Assembly (NCBI GenBank): GCA_951406725.2
Contig: OX597814.1
Coordinates: 202,864,001 to 202,928,000 of the forward strand
DNA length: 64,000 nt
Origin: Octopus vulgaris
Lineage: Eukaryota
Direction of reading: 5' to 3'
Part shown: one piece after another, positions 25,192 through 37,755 of the stretch
Numbering within the stretch: the first letter of the stretch is position 1
How the letters are laid out: each line of letters begins with the position of its first letter
The notes under the pieces: generated by a model
The model's database searches: none
Told to the model about the DNA's origin: nothing
What the model saw: only the letters and a program-made list of their open reading frames with translations
Position numbers and translations under genes: made by a program

Positions 25192-26680
25192 TTAAAGTAG
25201 TGATTTTTTTAGTATTAGAATGTTTTGTACTATTGGCTCTGACTCTCTGTACTTTGAGTTCAAACCCCACTGAGGTCAACTCTGCCTTTCATTATTTCAA
25301 GGCTAGAAACTGTAAGGTCATCAGGCCAAATGCTTTGCAGTATTTTTTCTGGCTCTTTGTGTTCTGAGTTCAAATCCAGCCATGACCTACTTGAGTGATT
25401 GACTTAATCCATTGCCCTTTTTAACACCACCATCTGGCTACTGGCTACCTTCAGTGCCTCTACTGGAATACACTTTGTTATAAGCTTTTGTGCCAGGGCT
25501 TTGGTTTGTGGAGGACTTTGTCACAACAGCCTCAGAGACATTGTGAAGGGTCAAGGACACTGATGTTCCTTCTGAATTGAAAGATCAAAGAAATATATAA
25601 TTTATTAATTTTTTGTTTTAATTGTTTCAGAAAACAAACAAAACTGGTGGTTGGTATGTATATAAATATACACATTCAAATAAAGGCCTTATGGCAATGA
25701 GACAGTATTATGACAAGACATGTGTAGACTCCTACACAGTTCCTGCTTGCTAAATTCATTTACAAGGCATTGGTCATCCCAGGGCTACAGTAAAAGACAT
25801 TTGTCCAAAGTTTGGTGCAATGGGACTAAACCAGAACCCTAATTGTTGCAAATGAATCTTCTGAACCTTACAGCCATAACCAGGAACATTTGTATTCATA
25901 TCATTTCCCCATTAGTACAATAATGACATGAGTATTATCAACCGATGTAGGTAGTGACAATGTTGCTGGCAACTTGTGTCTCCAGGAGAAATATTTATAG
26001 CCTGTCCATAGTTCCATACATTTAAGAAACCTTTTAAATGGAACATCCTTTTAATCTTTTCTTGGCCGTTCAATGTTGAATGAATAGTTGAAAAACTAAT
26101 TGGAAATGTATAAATGTGGCACATAAGGTAATTACTTAAAGGTGTCAGCTGTGTGTGTGTGTGTCCATGTGTGTGTGTGTGTGTGTGTGTGTGTCCGTGC
26201 GTGTCAGTCACAGTCATTCTTGAACGTGACCAGACGCATTTTAAGAATTAGGTTTCAAGCTAATTGATTTTACTTAGTAATTTAAGCTTCATTGAAAATG
26301 CTCTGATTTCAAATTGTCCACTTTGCTGATATTCTTATCATGGCACCCTTCACTCACCCCTCTCTTTCTGTGCGTGCACACAAACACACACTCACATGTA
26401 ATCTAATATATATATATAATGTGTATGTGTACTATGTGTATAAGCAAGAATATACGCATGAAATACATTTCATACTACAATATTAATATTAAGATGACTA
26501 TCAATTTGTTTCCGACACAGTGCTGTGTTTCGATTGCAAACTCAGCCTCATCAGTAGTAGAGTGTGTGTATACAGCATTCATTTTAAATTAAGCACACTT
26601 ACACACTGCTTGTGTTAGGTAAAGAAACCAACACCATTTTTTTAAAGTAAGTTATATATTCACACCAAAGCCCCCCCCCC

Positions 26681-26712
<32 letters not shown>

Positions 26713-27224
26713 CTATCTCCATTAATCTCATTATATTCACTTCAGAAATAAAACTGCAAAGCTGCCATTTATGCAAGTTTATATTATCACTATTATCCAT
26801 CTTTATCTCTGTCTCTCTTCCTTTCTCCCCCACCCCTCTCTCTCTCTCTCGTTACAGGTCTATTGACTATGTAACATATTGTGGTGTTTAATGGTTGTGT
26901 AGGCAACAAGTTCACCTGACAGCCATGTGGTTCTGAATCCACTGCATAGCACAATGAGTTAATAACTTCTATCATGGCCTTGGGTTGACCAAAAACTTGC
27001 GAATGTAATTTCATACACAGGAATTATACACGAGATCATAAGTGTCACTCAAATGACTTTGTATAAAAAATATAGAGATAAGTGTTTCCCAATAGCCTTT
27101 GTATAATATTTCAGGATATATTCAAACATCAGATAATTTAGGAGGCTACAGGCTCAGGTTACTCTCTGAAGGAGTGGAAACGTGAAGCTCAAAGAATTGG
27201 CAATTTAGAGTCATTCAGTTAAAA

Positions 27225-27650
27225 TCATCATCGCCGTCGTTGTTGCTTAACATTCGCTTTCCATGCTGACATGGGTTGGACAGTTTGAATGAGAACTGGC
27301 AGGCCAGGAGGCTGCACCAGGCTCCAATCTGATTTGGCAAGGTTTCTACAGTTGGATGCCCTTCTTAATGCCAACCACTTTACAGAGTGTAGTGGGTGCT
27401 TTTTATGTGCCACTAGCACAGGAGCCAGTCAGGCGGCACTGGCAACAGCCACGCTCAAATGGTGCTTTTTATGTGCCACTGGCATAGGTGCCTGTCAGGC
27501 GGCACTGGCATTGGTAATGCTCAAATGGTGCTTTTCACATGTTATTGGCACAGGTGAAGTCCAGCGGCACCAGCATCAGCCATGCTCAAATGGTGTATTT
27601 TTATGTGGCACAGGTGCCAGTCTGGCGGCACTGGCATTATCCACGCTCAA
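27225..27650 (-). mobile_element. Family C RTE-like 3' end with about 4 internal tandem units
   Basis: Repeated ~64-nt unit gccagtcaggcggcactggca...gctcaaatggtgcttttt next to the conserved core. Confidence 0.85.
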
Positions 27651-28083
27651 AAATGTATCATAAAAGTAATAAAAATATTACATTTTGAGTCCTATAATTT
27701 ATATTTAATTTTCATTTTCATGGTGCCCCAGCATGACCACAGTTTTAAAGCTGAAATCAATTAAAGAAATTAGTGTCTGTTTTCCAAACTGTTCATGGGT
27801 CTGATGGGTGAACAAGATCTGATATCTTGGGAGGAATGCATCATACTCCATTATCTGCTTTAGCATGGTTTGTCTGGCTGGATGCCCTTCCTAATGCCAG
27901 CCACTTAAGAATGTACTGGATGTGTTTTGCATAGCACCAACACTAGTGAATATTGCCTTGTAATTTGCAAGACTAAGAGAGAGGGGTGGTGAGGTACAGT
28001 AAGAGGAAAGGGAGAGTCTTGTGGGAGTGGAAAGAGTATCAGAATAGATATTGAGGGGGAGAGAAGGGGGAAGTATAAATATC

Positions 28084-28458
28084 GTGGTAAGTAGCTTGCT
28101 AACCAACCACATGGTTCCGGGTTCAGTCCCACTGCGTGGCATCTTGGGCAAGTGTCTTCTGCTATAGCCCCGGGCCGACCAATGCCTTGTGAGTGGATTT
28201 GGTAGATGGAAACTGAAAGAAGCCTGTCGTATATATGTATATATATATATGTGTGTGTGTGTCTGTGTTTGTTCCCCTAGCATTGCTTGACAACCGATGC
28301 TGGTGTGTTTACGTCCCCATCACTTAGCGGTTCGGCAAAAAGAGACCGATAGAATAAGTACTGGGCTTACAAAAAGAATAAGTCCCGGGGTCGAGTTGCT
28401 CGACTAAAGGCGGTGCTCCAGCATGGCCGCAGTCAAATGACTGAAACAAGTAAAGAGT
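28084..28458 (+). mobile_element. SINE family A, well-preserved near-full-length copy
   Basis: tRNA-like head with B box ggttcagtccc, internal (TA)n(TG)n, CpG-rich 3' half ending gaaacaagtaaagag. Probably one of the octopus tRNA-derived SINEs; the exact family name is not verified. Confidence 0.92.
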
Positions 28459-28856
28459 ATATACATTTGTGCGTGTGTGTTTGAGCATATTGTAAAAATC
28501 AGCAAAGAAAATGAAAACAAAATAATTTTTAATTAAAAAATAAGCCAGTACTTTTGAATAAAAATATCCTGTGTGGTATTTGTTTCACTAAGTTCAATCC
28601 CCTGTCAGTTTTTCCATCAGAGGTTCATTGAAGCAATGATTGGTTTGTTTTAAAACTGTAACCAATTGCAATATCTAAAAAAAAAAAAAATTAATTTAGA
28701 TTAAAAATAAAAATTAAGAACAGTGTAAAGAATAAACTAGTTCGAAAATATTGGAAAATATATTTCTTTTTATATTTAATTTCTTTATATATCTTAGCAG
28801 AGAAATATGGAAATTTTCTGAAAATTTAGATATTTCATTATTATTTCAGCATTTAA

Positions 28857-29448
28857 GGTGGCCAGCTGGCAGAATCGTTAGGATGCTGGACGGAATGCTT
28901 AGCGGTATTTTGTCTGCTGTTATGTTCTGAGTTCAAATTCTGCTGAGGTCGACTTTGCCTTTCATTCTTTCAGGGTCGATTAAATAAGTACCAGTTACGT
29001 ACTGGGGTCGATATAATTGACTTAATCCGTTTGTCTGTCCTTGTTTCTCCCCTCTGTGTTTAGCCCCTTGTGGGTAGTAAAAAAATAATATTTTGTCTGC
29101 CGTACGTTCTAAGTTCAAATTCCGCCGAGGTTTACTTTGCCTTTCATCCTTTTGGGGTCGATTAAATAAGTACCAGTTACGTACTGGGGTCGATATAATC
29201 GACTTAATCCGTTTGTCTGTCCTTGTTTGTCCCTTCTGTGTTTAGCCCCTTGTGAGTAGTAAAGAAATAGGTATTTCATCTATCTATATGTTCTTAGTTC
29301 AAATTCTGCTAAGGTCGACTTTGCTTTACATCCTTTTGGGGTCAATAAATTAAGTACCAGTTTACCAGTTGCACACTGGGGTTGATCTAATCAACTGGCC
29401 CCCACCTCCACAAAAATTTTGGACCTTGTGCCTAGAGTAGGAAAGAAT
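28857..29448 (+). mobile_element. Head-to-tail trimer of SINE family B core
   Basis: The gttcaaattc...ctttgcctttcat...aagtaccagtt block occurs three times about 182 nt apart. One head is present, and the last unit has the alternative tail. Confidence 0.9.
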
Positions 29449-29794
29449 ATTTGGTTTGTTTCCTTTCTTTTGTCAACTGTGTGAGGTTTATATCTCTAGA
29501 CATGTTTAATTAAAACTAAACCATCATGATAAAATAGATAATAGAAAAAATATAATTAAACAAATGCAGGTGATTGTACTATTACTACTAATACTTTGTC
29601 AATTTTTTTTTCTCTTCACTTACCCAATGTTTTGATTAATTAAATGTCTTATGTATTTTTTTTTCTTTTCATTTTTTTTGTGTTTTTCAATTTTTTTGGT
29701 TTCAGTCATTGGACCTGGTCATGCTAGGGCATCACCTTGAAGGATTTAAGGATTTAGTCAAACAAAATGTCCCCCAGTACTTATTTCTTCAAGT

Positions 29795-30165
29795 GATGCA
29801 GGCATGGCTGTGTGGTAAGAAGTTTGCTTCCCAACCACATGGTTCCAAGTTCAGTCCCACTGTGTGGCATCTCAGGCAGGGGTTTTCTATTATTGCCACA
29901 AGCTGACTAAAGTCTTGTGAGTTGATTTGGTAGGTGGAAACTGAAAGAAGCCTATCGTGTGTGTTGTTGTGCTCTTCCACTCTTTAACAACCCATCCAGT
30001 ATTAGTGCATTTATATTCCTGTGACTTAGTAGTTCAGCAAAAGAGACTGATACAATAAGTACCAGGCTTAAAAAATAAAGTACTGAAGTCAATTCATTGA
30101 ACACTTCAAAGCAGTGCCCCAGCATGGCCACAATCTTAACGATTGAAATAAATAAAACATGATAC
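29795..30165 (+). mobile_element. SINE family A, older copy
   Basis: Head gcaggcatggctgtgtggtaagaagtttgcttcccaaccac and family A tail. Confidence 0.85.
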
Positions 30166-30479
30166 ATATAAGCTATTTACATAACATATTTCTCTGCATG
30201 ACAACTGGTTTAATTTGTCTATTACTAAATTTCTCTTATTTTGTTGTATGTTCTGGTAAAGTTAGAATTAGATAAAGTGAAAACATATCTTTGAACTAAT
30301 ATTTCTTTGTTTCTGCTAACATGTAATTTTGAAATACCACGTTTCTTATATATATATATCTCAGGGCAATTGCTGTTCCACAGTTGTGTGTGTGTGTGTA
30401 TATATGTATGTGTGCATATATGCATGTGTGAGTGTAATTATAACCAAAGAAAATGAAATCGCTATGCGTGAGCATATTA

Positions 30480-30579
30480 TGTATGAATATATGTATGGGC
30501 GTGTGTGTATATACACACACACACACAATATATATATACTTACATTCATATATATGCATACATACATATTTAATATGTA

Positions 30580-30621
<42 letters not shown>

Positions 30622-30662
30622 TATATATTACATATGTATGTATGCATATATATGAATGTAAG

Positions 30663-30704
<42 letters not shown>

Positions 30705-30857
30705 ATATATATATATGTATGTATGCATATATATGAATGTAAGTATATGTATATATGAATATATATTACATATGTATGTATGCATATATATGAATGTAAG
30801 TATATGTATATATGAATATATATTACATATGTATGTATGCATATATATGAATGTAAG

Positions 30858-30889
<32 letters not shown>

Positions 30890-31070
30890 CACACACACAA
30901 TATATGTGTATATATATTGCATATGTTTGTATGCATATATATGAATGTAAGTATATATATATACACACACACACACACTCAATATATATGTATATATGAA
31001 TATATATTACATATGTATGTATGCATATGTATGAATGTAAGCATATATATATATACACACACACACACAA
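30480..31070. repeat. (TA)/(CA)-derived minisatellite, ~57-bp unit, first unit inverted
   Basis: The unit tatgaatatatattacatatgtatgtatgcatatatatgaatgtaagtata recurs about 6 times. Its reverse complement lies at about 30536-30586. Confidence 0.85.
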
Positions 31071-31354
31071 TCACAGTTATATAAGCATAGTATTTCAGAA
31101 ACTTTTCCGTGTTGATTAAAAAAAATTGCTTATTCATTTTGCCTCACCACTTTGATAAATACCTTCGCTGGTGCCAACATCATCCAAGATGTTACTAGAT
31201 TATTGTGAAGCCATTTTAATCATTCATTATATAATCTTTAGAGTTTAGCTCTAAGTCAACATCCATTATGTTATTATTAATATTATGCAAAGCAATACAC
31301 TTTGCTGCCTCCTCACAATATAACTCATTTGTGAAGAAAAGAATGTGTTGATGT

Positions 31355-31653
31355 GCGTGTACATACATATGTGTATGTATATATGTGTGTATATGTATAT
31401 ATGTATATATATATGTATATATATATATACATACATGTGGGTGTGTATGTAAGTATGTGTGTGTATGTGTGTATATATATATACACGTGTGTGTATATAT
31501 ATATACACATACATGTGTGTGTGTATGTAAGTATGTGTATATATATATATATATATATACACATATGTGTGTGTGTATATATATATATATACATACATAC
31601 ATGTGTGTGTGTATGTAAGTATGTATGTGTATATATATATATATATATATAGG

Positions 31654-31678
<25 letters not shown>
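31355..31678. repeat. Compound (TA)/(TG) microsatellite with a repeated acatacatgtgtgtgtgtatgtaagtatg unit
   Basis: Direct reading. A similar low-complexity tract lies at about 48105-48415. Confidence 0.9.
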
Positions 31679-31684
<6 letters not shown>

Positions 31685-33218
31685 TATAATCATTTATCTC
31701 GGAGTAAACTCCCTAAAATGAACAGTCATAGAATTTGTATGTGTAAAGTGATGATGATGATGATGATGATGGATGGGGGTGGATGGAAGGAAAATGGAAG
31801 CTGCTTAAAAGGGAAATATTAAAAATATGTTTTTAAAAAATAAACAAAAGAATCAGATCTTTTGTCATCTGTGTTGTTGATTAATTCTTGGAAGTGATTT
31901 TGATCTTTTTCGTTGCTAATCAGGTGACTAGAACATGCTGTAGTTGCAACATGTTGCAACAGCTACAGGTTTCATGTGTTGTAAACACGGATATATATGT
32001 AGACACACACAAACACACCACATACACATACACACGCAAAGTGGGATTTTAAAAAATCTTAATATTTCATATGCACCCATTTCCAAAATTTATAGGAAAT
32101 CTGACATTAGGCAGCATAGGTTTTGGCTGTCGATTTTTATATGTATTTCATACATAAATCAGCATTGAATATAATAGAGTTTGTCATGTGTGCAGATATG
32201 TGTGAAATTAAGTGGGAGGAGAAAGAGAGAGAGTGGGAGTGAGAATGTGGCATATCGTTAATGCACACAAGTTTGAAAAAATTTCTGAATTTTAACAAAA
32301 ACACTAATACTTTAATACTTTTCTCAATTCTTTGTGACAGGACAGAGATAAGACTTCACAGAGCATGTTGTTTCCACTGTTCTGACTGCTTTATTCTCCT
32401 TAGGAAGGATTAAAAATATATATACATACAAATGAACAGTGCATAGATGCGTGTGCATGTGTATGTGTGAGTTATTTTCTGAATGGCTGTTATGGGTAAC
32501 ATTCTTGCTTAAGGCCATTATTATCCAGAGAAGCTAAATATAATCACAGGATGTTACCAGACAGTCCTGGGTTAATGTTCAGTGCTAGTTTCCTACCTAC
32601 TTGCATACAGGAATTTCAAAATTGGTCAAAGATTAGCTTCAACAATCTTTTATCTGTTTCATATAATTGTTTTCTTTTGTGTTCATTCACCAACATTCTC
32701 ACTTGTAACACTAAGAACAAATTTTAATGTCAAATATAAGCTGGAGTCTGAGATTTTCCATCACAGAATTCTACCAGAATGTCGAATAGCTTCTCAAATA
32801 AAGCAGTCAACTGTTGTAGGTTAACATCTTTTAACTATAGCAATCAACCACATTGTTGACATCCTTGTTAAACTAAACAAAGAACTTCAGGAACCTTCCA
32901 TGCATTAATGTAGAGTCTTGTAACACAAAAACATATTTTCTTTCTGACTTCTATGTTAACTACTAGCTTCCATGTAACATGGCAAGACTGGTTCCATGCC
33001 TGTACCCTAAACTAAAACTACCACCCTATTCTTATGTTTATCATCATTGTTTTAACTTCCACTTTTCCATGCTTGCATGGGTCGGATGGAATTCATTGAT
33101 GCAGATACACTACAGTTGAATGCCTTTCCTGTCACCAACCCTCACCTGTTTCTGACTATAACTAAATGTACGCAAATAACAGCTCTGGCTCCTACTAACA
33201 ACATACTCTGCTAATCTA

Positions 33219-33710
33219 AATAATAATGAAATTATTGTATACAGTGCTCAGGTGCACCACAACTTGTCAGAAAGTGCATATAAAGTACATGCAGTAATGT
33301 AGAAATGTCTGGAAAGTGAACATGCTTGTGTGTGTATGGAGGGGAGAAAATCAAGTGTAGTGTTGGCGAATCTCAGGAAGCATGGAAGTTTTGAAGGATG
33401 CAGTGCTCCGACAACTAACAACCGATGCCGGCAGTTTGTTCCACGCTTCAGCAACTCTCAGCATGAAAAAATGTTTCCTGAAGTCATGGGAGCTGTGCTG
33501 TTTTCTTACTTTGTAAATATGTCCACGGGTGTTAGATGGGTGGAGTTTGAAGAGGTGCTCAGAGTTATTGTTTGTGCGATGGTTGATAATTTTATGGGTG
33601 TCTGCCAAGTCAGCTGCCAGACGTCGGAGTTTCAATGTGTCCATGCCCAGGAAAGTAAGGCGTTCAGGATATGGCAAATGCCTGATGGAGGGTATTCTTT
33701 TGGTTGCACT
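33219..33710 (-). mobile_element. 5'-truncated CR1-group LINE: ORF2 C-terminus, 3' UTR and short (ATT)n tail
   Basis: ATKRIPSIRHLPYPERLTFLGMDTLKLRR...TRGHIYKV...FFMLRVAEAWNKLPASVV...FK matches the canonical CR1/L2 ORF2 end. Stop at 33351. Confidence 0.9.
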
Positions 33711-34523
33711 CTCTCTCTTTCTCCTCCCACTTAATCTACTTTCACTCTGCTTTGTCACCAACAACCTAAATCAACAACTCACCTTATTATGATCATAAAT
33801 CATTTCAATTATTATTATTATTATTATTATTATTTTAGAAGGCCACAATGATACAATCCTCAACAAATAATGAAGGCCTAATATTTTTGTACCAACAATA
33901 TATTAAATTTAATCATAAGACTTAAGCCAGTCATATCTAAGTCCTAATCTTTCTTATGAGATGTAAAAATGTTGTGAATGATTATAATATGGTAAACTTC
34001 ACATTATCATAGCTGCATAAATGGCATTTCTAGACACAGACAGTGATATTAGACTTAATATTTCCACCCTCATGACCGAGGGTCAGGAGTCCTCAGATAC
34101 TAGCATCATTCTGACTGGTTCAATGTGTCTTTATGCTCCCTTTTAGGATCAGTGGGCCCCAAGTCCTCTTTTGACCTGATTTACTGTCAGGATTGACTCT
34201 ATTAGGCTTCACTCCTTTGTAGATATTCACAGACAATGAAGGTTTACATATGAAATTGTCCTTCTTCTCATTTAACTGCCAAGCCCAGATTGCTCACCCA
34301 ATCATACTGTCTGTGTTGCTGAAGACACAGTAGTACCCTCTCCTGGAGGCATGTGGTTACGTGGTTAGGGTATTTAGCTCAAAATCATATTTTCTCTTGT
34401 GTAGTCAACTTTGCTACAAGAACTCAGGCCATGTCTTCAGTCTGAGGGGAGTTTCCTTCTTTTCACTCCTGAGTGTTGGAGATTCTGCAAAAGGTCATGA
34501 GTATTGTCTTCCTTAGAACAAAC

Positions 34524-35269
34524 CAGTGCTGGATTAACCACTAAGCATAATATCAGCATGCTTAGGGCACCAAGGGACGGAGGGGGCACCAGAGAAATGG
34601 TAACTGGTTTACAGTACAAAAGAAATCACTTAAACTTACTAAAATAATATTCAAAGTGGTTTACATGGTTGGAAATATAATTCTGACATGTTCATGGTGT
34701 AACAGTGAGGATCAAATCAAAGACTTTGCTGTTAAAAGAAGTAGGAGAAATCTTTTTTTCAAATGTAAATAAAGTGGAAGTATACAAAAATAAACATTAC
34801 TTTCCATCTCACTTAGTTTTGTCTCATTTTGAAAAATAAAAATCTTATTTTATGGTTTATCATTGTTTATATTATTTACATTATTTACATTTGTAATGTA
34901 CATAATTCCTCATCTCTTAAATATAGAGCTGTATTATTGTTTATATTTTGAATTACACACACACACACACACACATATATATATCATCATCATCATCATC
35001 GTTTAACGTCCGTTCTCCATGCTAGCATGGATATATATATATATATACCCACTACACTCATGGAGTGGTTGGCATTAGGAAGGGCATCCAGCCGTAGAAA
35101 TATTACCAGATCAGACTGGGCCTGGTGCAGCCTTCTGGCTTCCCAGACCCCAGTTGAACCATCCAACCCATGCTAGCATGGAAAGCGGACGCTAAATGAT
35201 GATGATATATATGGGGGCAGCAAAATCTATTAAGTACTTAGGGCCTCAATAGGTCTTAATTCGGACCTG
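34524..35269. mobile_element. hAT-like MITE, copy 2, with 8-bp TSD and nested family C insertions
   Basis: TSD gaacaaac at 34516-34523 and 35270-35277. TIRs cagtgctggattaa / ttaattcggacctg. Confidence 0.88.
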
Positions 35270-35707
35270 GAACAAACATTTCAAAAAGAACCAGGGCAGC
35301 ACATTAACGATCATTTCAAGCCATTATCTCCACCACTCAATTTGAACAAACAATAAACTTACATACAGACTGAAAAAGTTACTATATTAACCACACAAGG
35401 AACTGAGATTGTTGCAAAGCAAGCAAATCAATTTTGTCTGCTGCAGCCAGTGTCAGAATCTTCAATCATCTGAAAACAGACTGGATAGTAAAACAGATAA
35501 CGTTCCATGCCTGCTACACTGCACCCTACACACTTATAATATTCCATGAATGCTAGAATATTACAATGCACTCTGCAGATAGAATATTCCATGGCCGTGA
35601 CACTGCATTCTGTAGACATAACACTCTATGGTTGACAGCCTACAATATATATGTATATACAGCTCTCTCTCTCTCTCTCTATGTATGTATATATATATAT
35701 ATATATA

Positions 35708-35886
35708 GCTAGCCACTACACATTCTTTATTTTCTCTCCTTGTTTCTTTCTGTGTTCCTTTCTGTGGAAGAGCGTAGGCTCGAAATGTTAAAGACTTTTT
35801 CACTTCCTTAGCATTATACTAATACATCTGTTTGTTGTCTACACCACCTGTCTTTGTCTTTCGTTTTTTTTTTGTGAATTCTCCCT
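35708..35886 (+). mobile_element. Penelope-like pseudo-LTR remnant flanked by (TA)n on both sides
   Basis: Collinear with 23038-23220. Contains gaagagcgtaggctcgaaatgttaaagac. Confidence 0.6.
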
Positions 35887-35959
35887 ATATATATATATAT
35901 ATATATATATACACTTACATATATGTACATACCTACATATATATGTATATATACATGCA

Positions 35960-36197
35960 TATATGGGTACAGCACATCAAAAAAACCTGGACAGAATGAG
36001 AAACGAAAACATAAAAAAACAAAAACATAGAAAACAAACTATTTTCGAACAACGAAAGAAACAAATAGAGAAATGAGGCAGGCAACATAAAGAGCATTCC
36101 CTTCATCAGTTGTTCCCTGTTTTATCTACTCTGTGTATAGAAGGTAAGGAACATGGAGTAGATAAAACAGGGGACAACTGATGAAGGGAATATTCTT
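35960..36197 (-). mobile_element. Penelope-like remnant with a terminal 36-bp-arm inverted repeat containing CTGATGA
   Basis: Arms 36096-36131 and 36156-36191 with one mismatch. Abuts TA-rich microsatellite. Confidence 0.5.
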
Positions 36198-37386
36198 CTT
36201 ACCACACAGCCACATATATTGTCAAATATACATTTCACATGTACTGGAATTTACAGTGATGCCAGGTCAGATTGGAGACTGGTGCAGCCTTCTGGCTCCC
36301 CGGCCCTCAGTCAAACCATCCAACCCATGCCAGCATGGAAAGCAAACGTTAAAAGATGATGATGATAGGCTGTTGCATTGGGCGATATGATATGCTTGAG
36401 AAGACTTGTTGAATCAAGTAAAACCAAAATCGTAACCAAGCCCACCTGACTGGCTCCTGTGCTGGAGGCACATAGAAAGCATCCACTACACTCTCGGAGT
36501 GATTGGCGTTAGGAAGGGCATCCAGTTGTAGAAACATTGCCAGATTAGATTGGAGCCCTGTACAGCCGCTGGCCTTCCAGACTTCAATCAAACCATCCAA
36601 CGCTTGCCAGCATGGAAAATGGATGTTAAACGACAACGATGATGCCATGTTGCCCAGTATAGAATCATGGAGTATTGTACCTGTAAAATGTATTGTAATA
36701 GTTGCAGAGTGTCATATCCATAGCTGTAGAATGTAACGTAGAATATGGTTTGACCCACCCACCTCAAAAGTTGATTGACGTTAGTAGTCAGAGGAAAAAA
36801 AAAAAAGGAAAAGTAAAATAGTAAAGACCGTGACATAAAAAGCAAGCATAAAATTTGTTGATGTAATCCTCATCCTGTTCTTAGTGGATTGACAAATGGT
36901 AGTAAACGATGACTGTGACAGTGTAATATATTGTTTGATATAAAACACTCCAGACGTAGCAGCTTAAATGGATTTGTTGCCTTTAACGTACTGTCTGGAA
37001 ATAAACCTAACAGACACACACACAATGGCTATGACATATTTTAACTTTCCCCGACTTGTGTTATGAATAATTTTAAAATAAATCTTTCTTAAGTGTACTG
37101 TACTTAAAACACTGGAAATGCTATGCTGTTGGACACTTTTAGCTTCGACATGGTGCTAAAATCCAAGAAAACGTCTTAGACTTTTGGTTAAGCTAAAAAC
37201 TAAATTTGTCAAACATTAGGTGTGGCTGTGTGGTAAAAAGTATGCTTCCCAACCGCAGGGTTCCAATTTCAGTCCCACTGCATGGCACCTTGGGCATGTG
37301 TCTTGGATTGACCAAAGCCTTATGAATGGATTTGGTAGATGGAAACTGAAGGAAGCCCATTGTGTATATACATATATATATATATT

Positions 37387-37650
37387 GTTATGTCTGGAGA
37401 GAGTCATTTTCTTTTAGTGCCTTATAGTTTAACACACTTACCAATAAAATTTCCACTCATTTACTTATTTATTTTTCTAAAATTTTCGTTGCATCTTGTA
37501 ACCTTTTCAATAGTTTAGACTCAAAACTATTGAAAAGGCTGCAAGATGCAATGAAAATTTTAGAAAAATAAAAAAGAAATAAATGGAAATTTTACCGGTG
37601 AACGTGTTAAATTATAAGACACCAAAAGAGAATGACTCTCCAGACACAAC
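37387..37650. repeat. Long fold-back (~130-bp arms) inserted in the microsatellite of a family A SINE (about 37218-37950)
   Basis: gttatgtctggaga...ccttttcaatagttt / aaactattgaaaagg...tctccagacacaac, with a loop near 37517-37523. Confidence 0.9.
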
Positions 37651-37712
37651 AGAATATGCTTCAACACACAAACTCACATAAAAAAATTTTGCAAACCAAA
37701 TCCAAAAACGAA

Positions 37713-37755
<43 letters not shown>

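Noticed and set aside
28590-28700. Strong minus-strand acceptor (poly-T ag at 28675)
   Set aside because: All frames close within about 27 codons, there is no good donor, and the poly-T may be a simple run.
31148-31194. Minus-strand exon candidate NILDDVGTSEGIYQS with gtgagg donor
   Set aside because: The acceptor lacks a pyrimidine tract, and there is no independent support.
30225-31693. Many overlapping Y/I/H/T/C/V-rich ORFs (likewise near 23009-23865 and 48063-48509)
   Set aside because: Dinucleotide-repeat translations.
33330-33792. Plus-strand 134-aa and 87-aa ORFs
   Set aside because: Antisense shadows of the CR1 ORF2 fragment.
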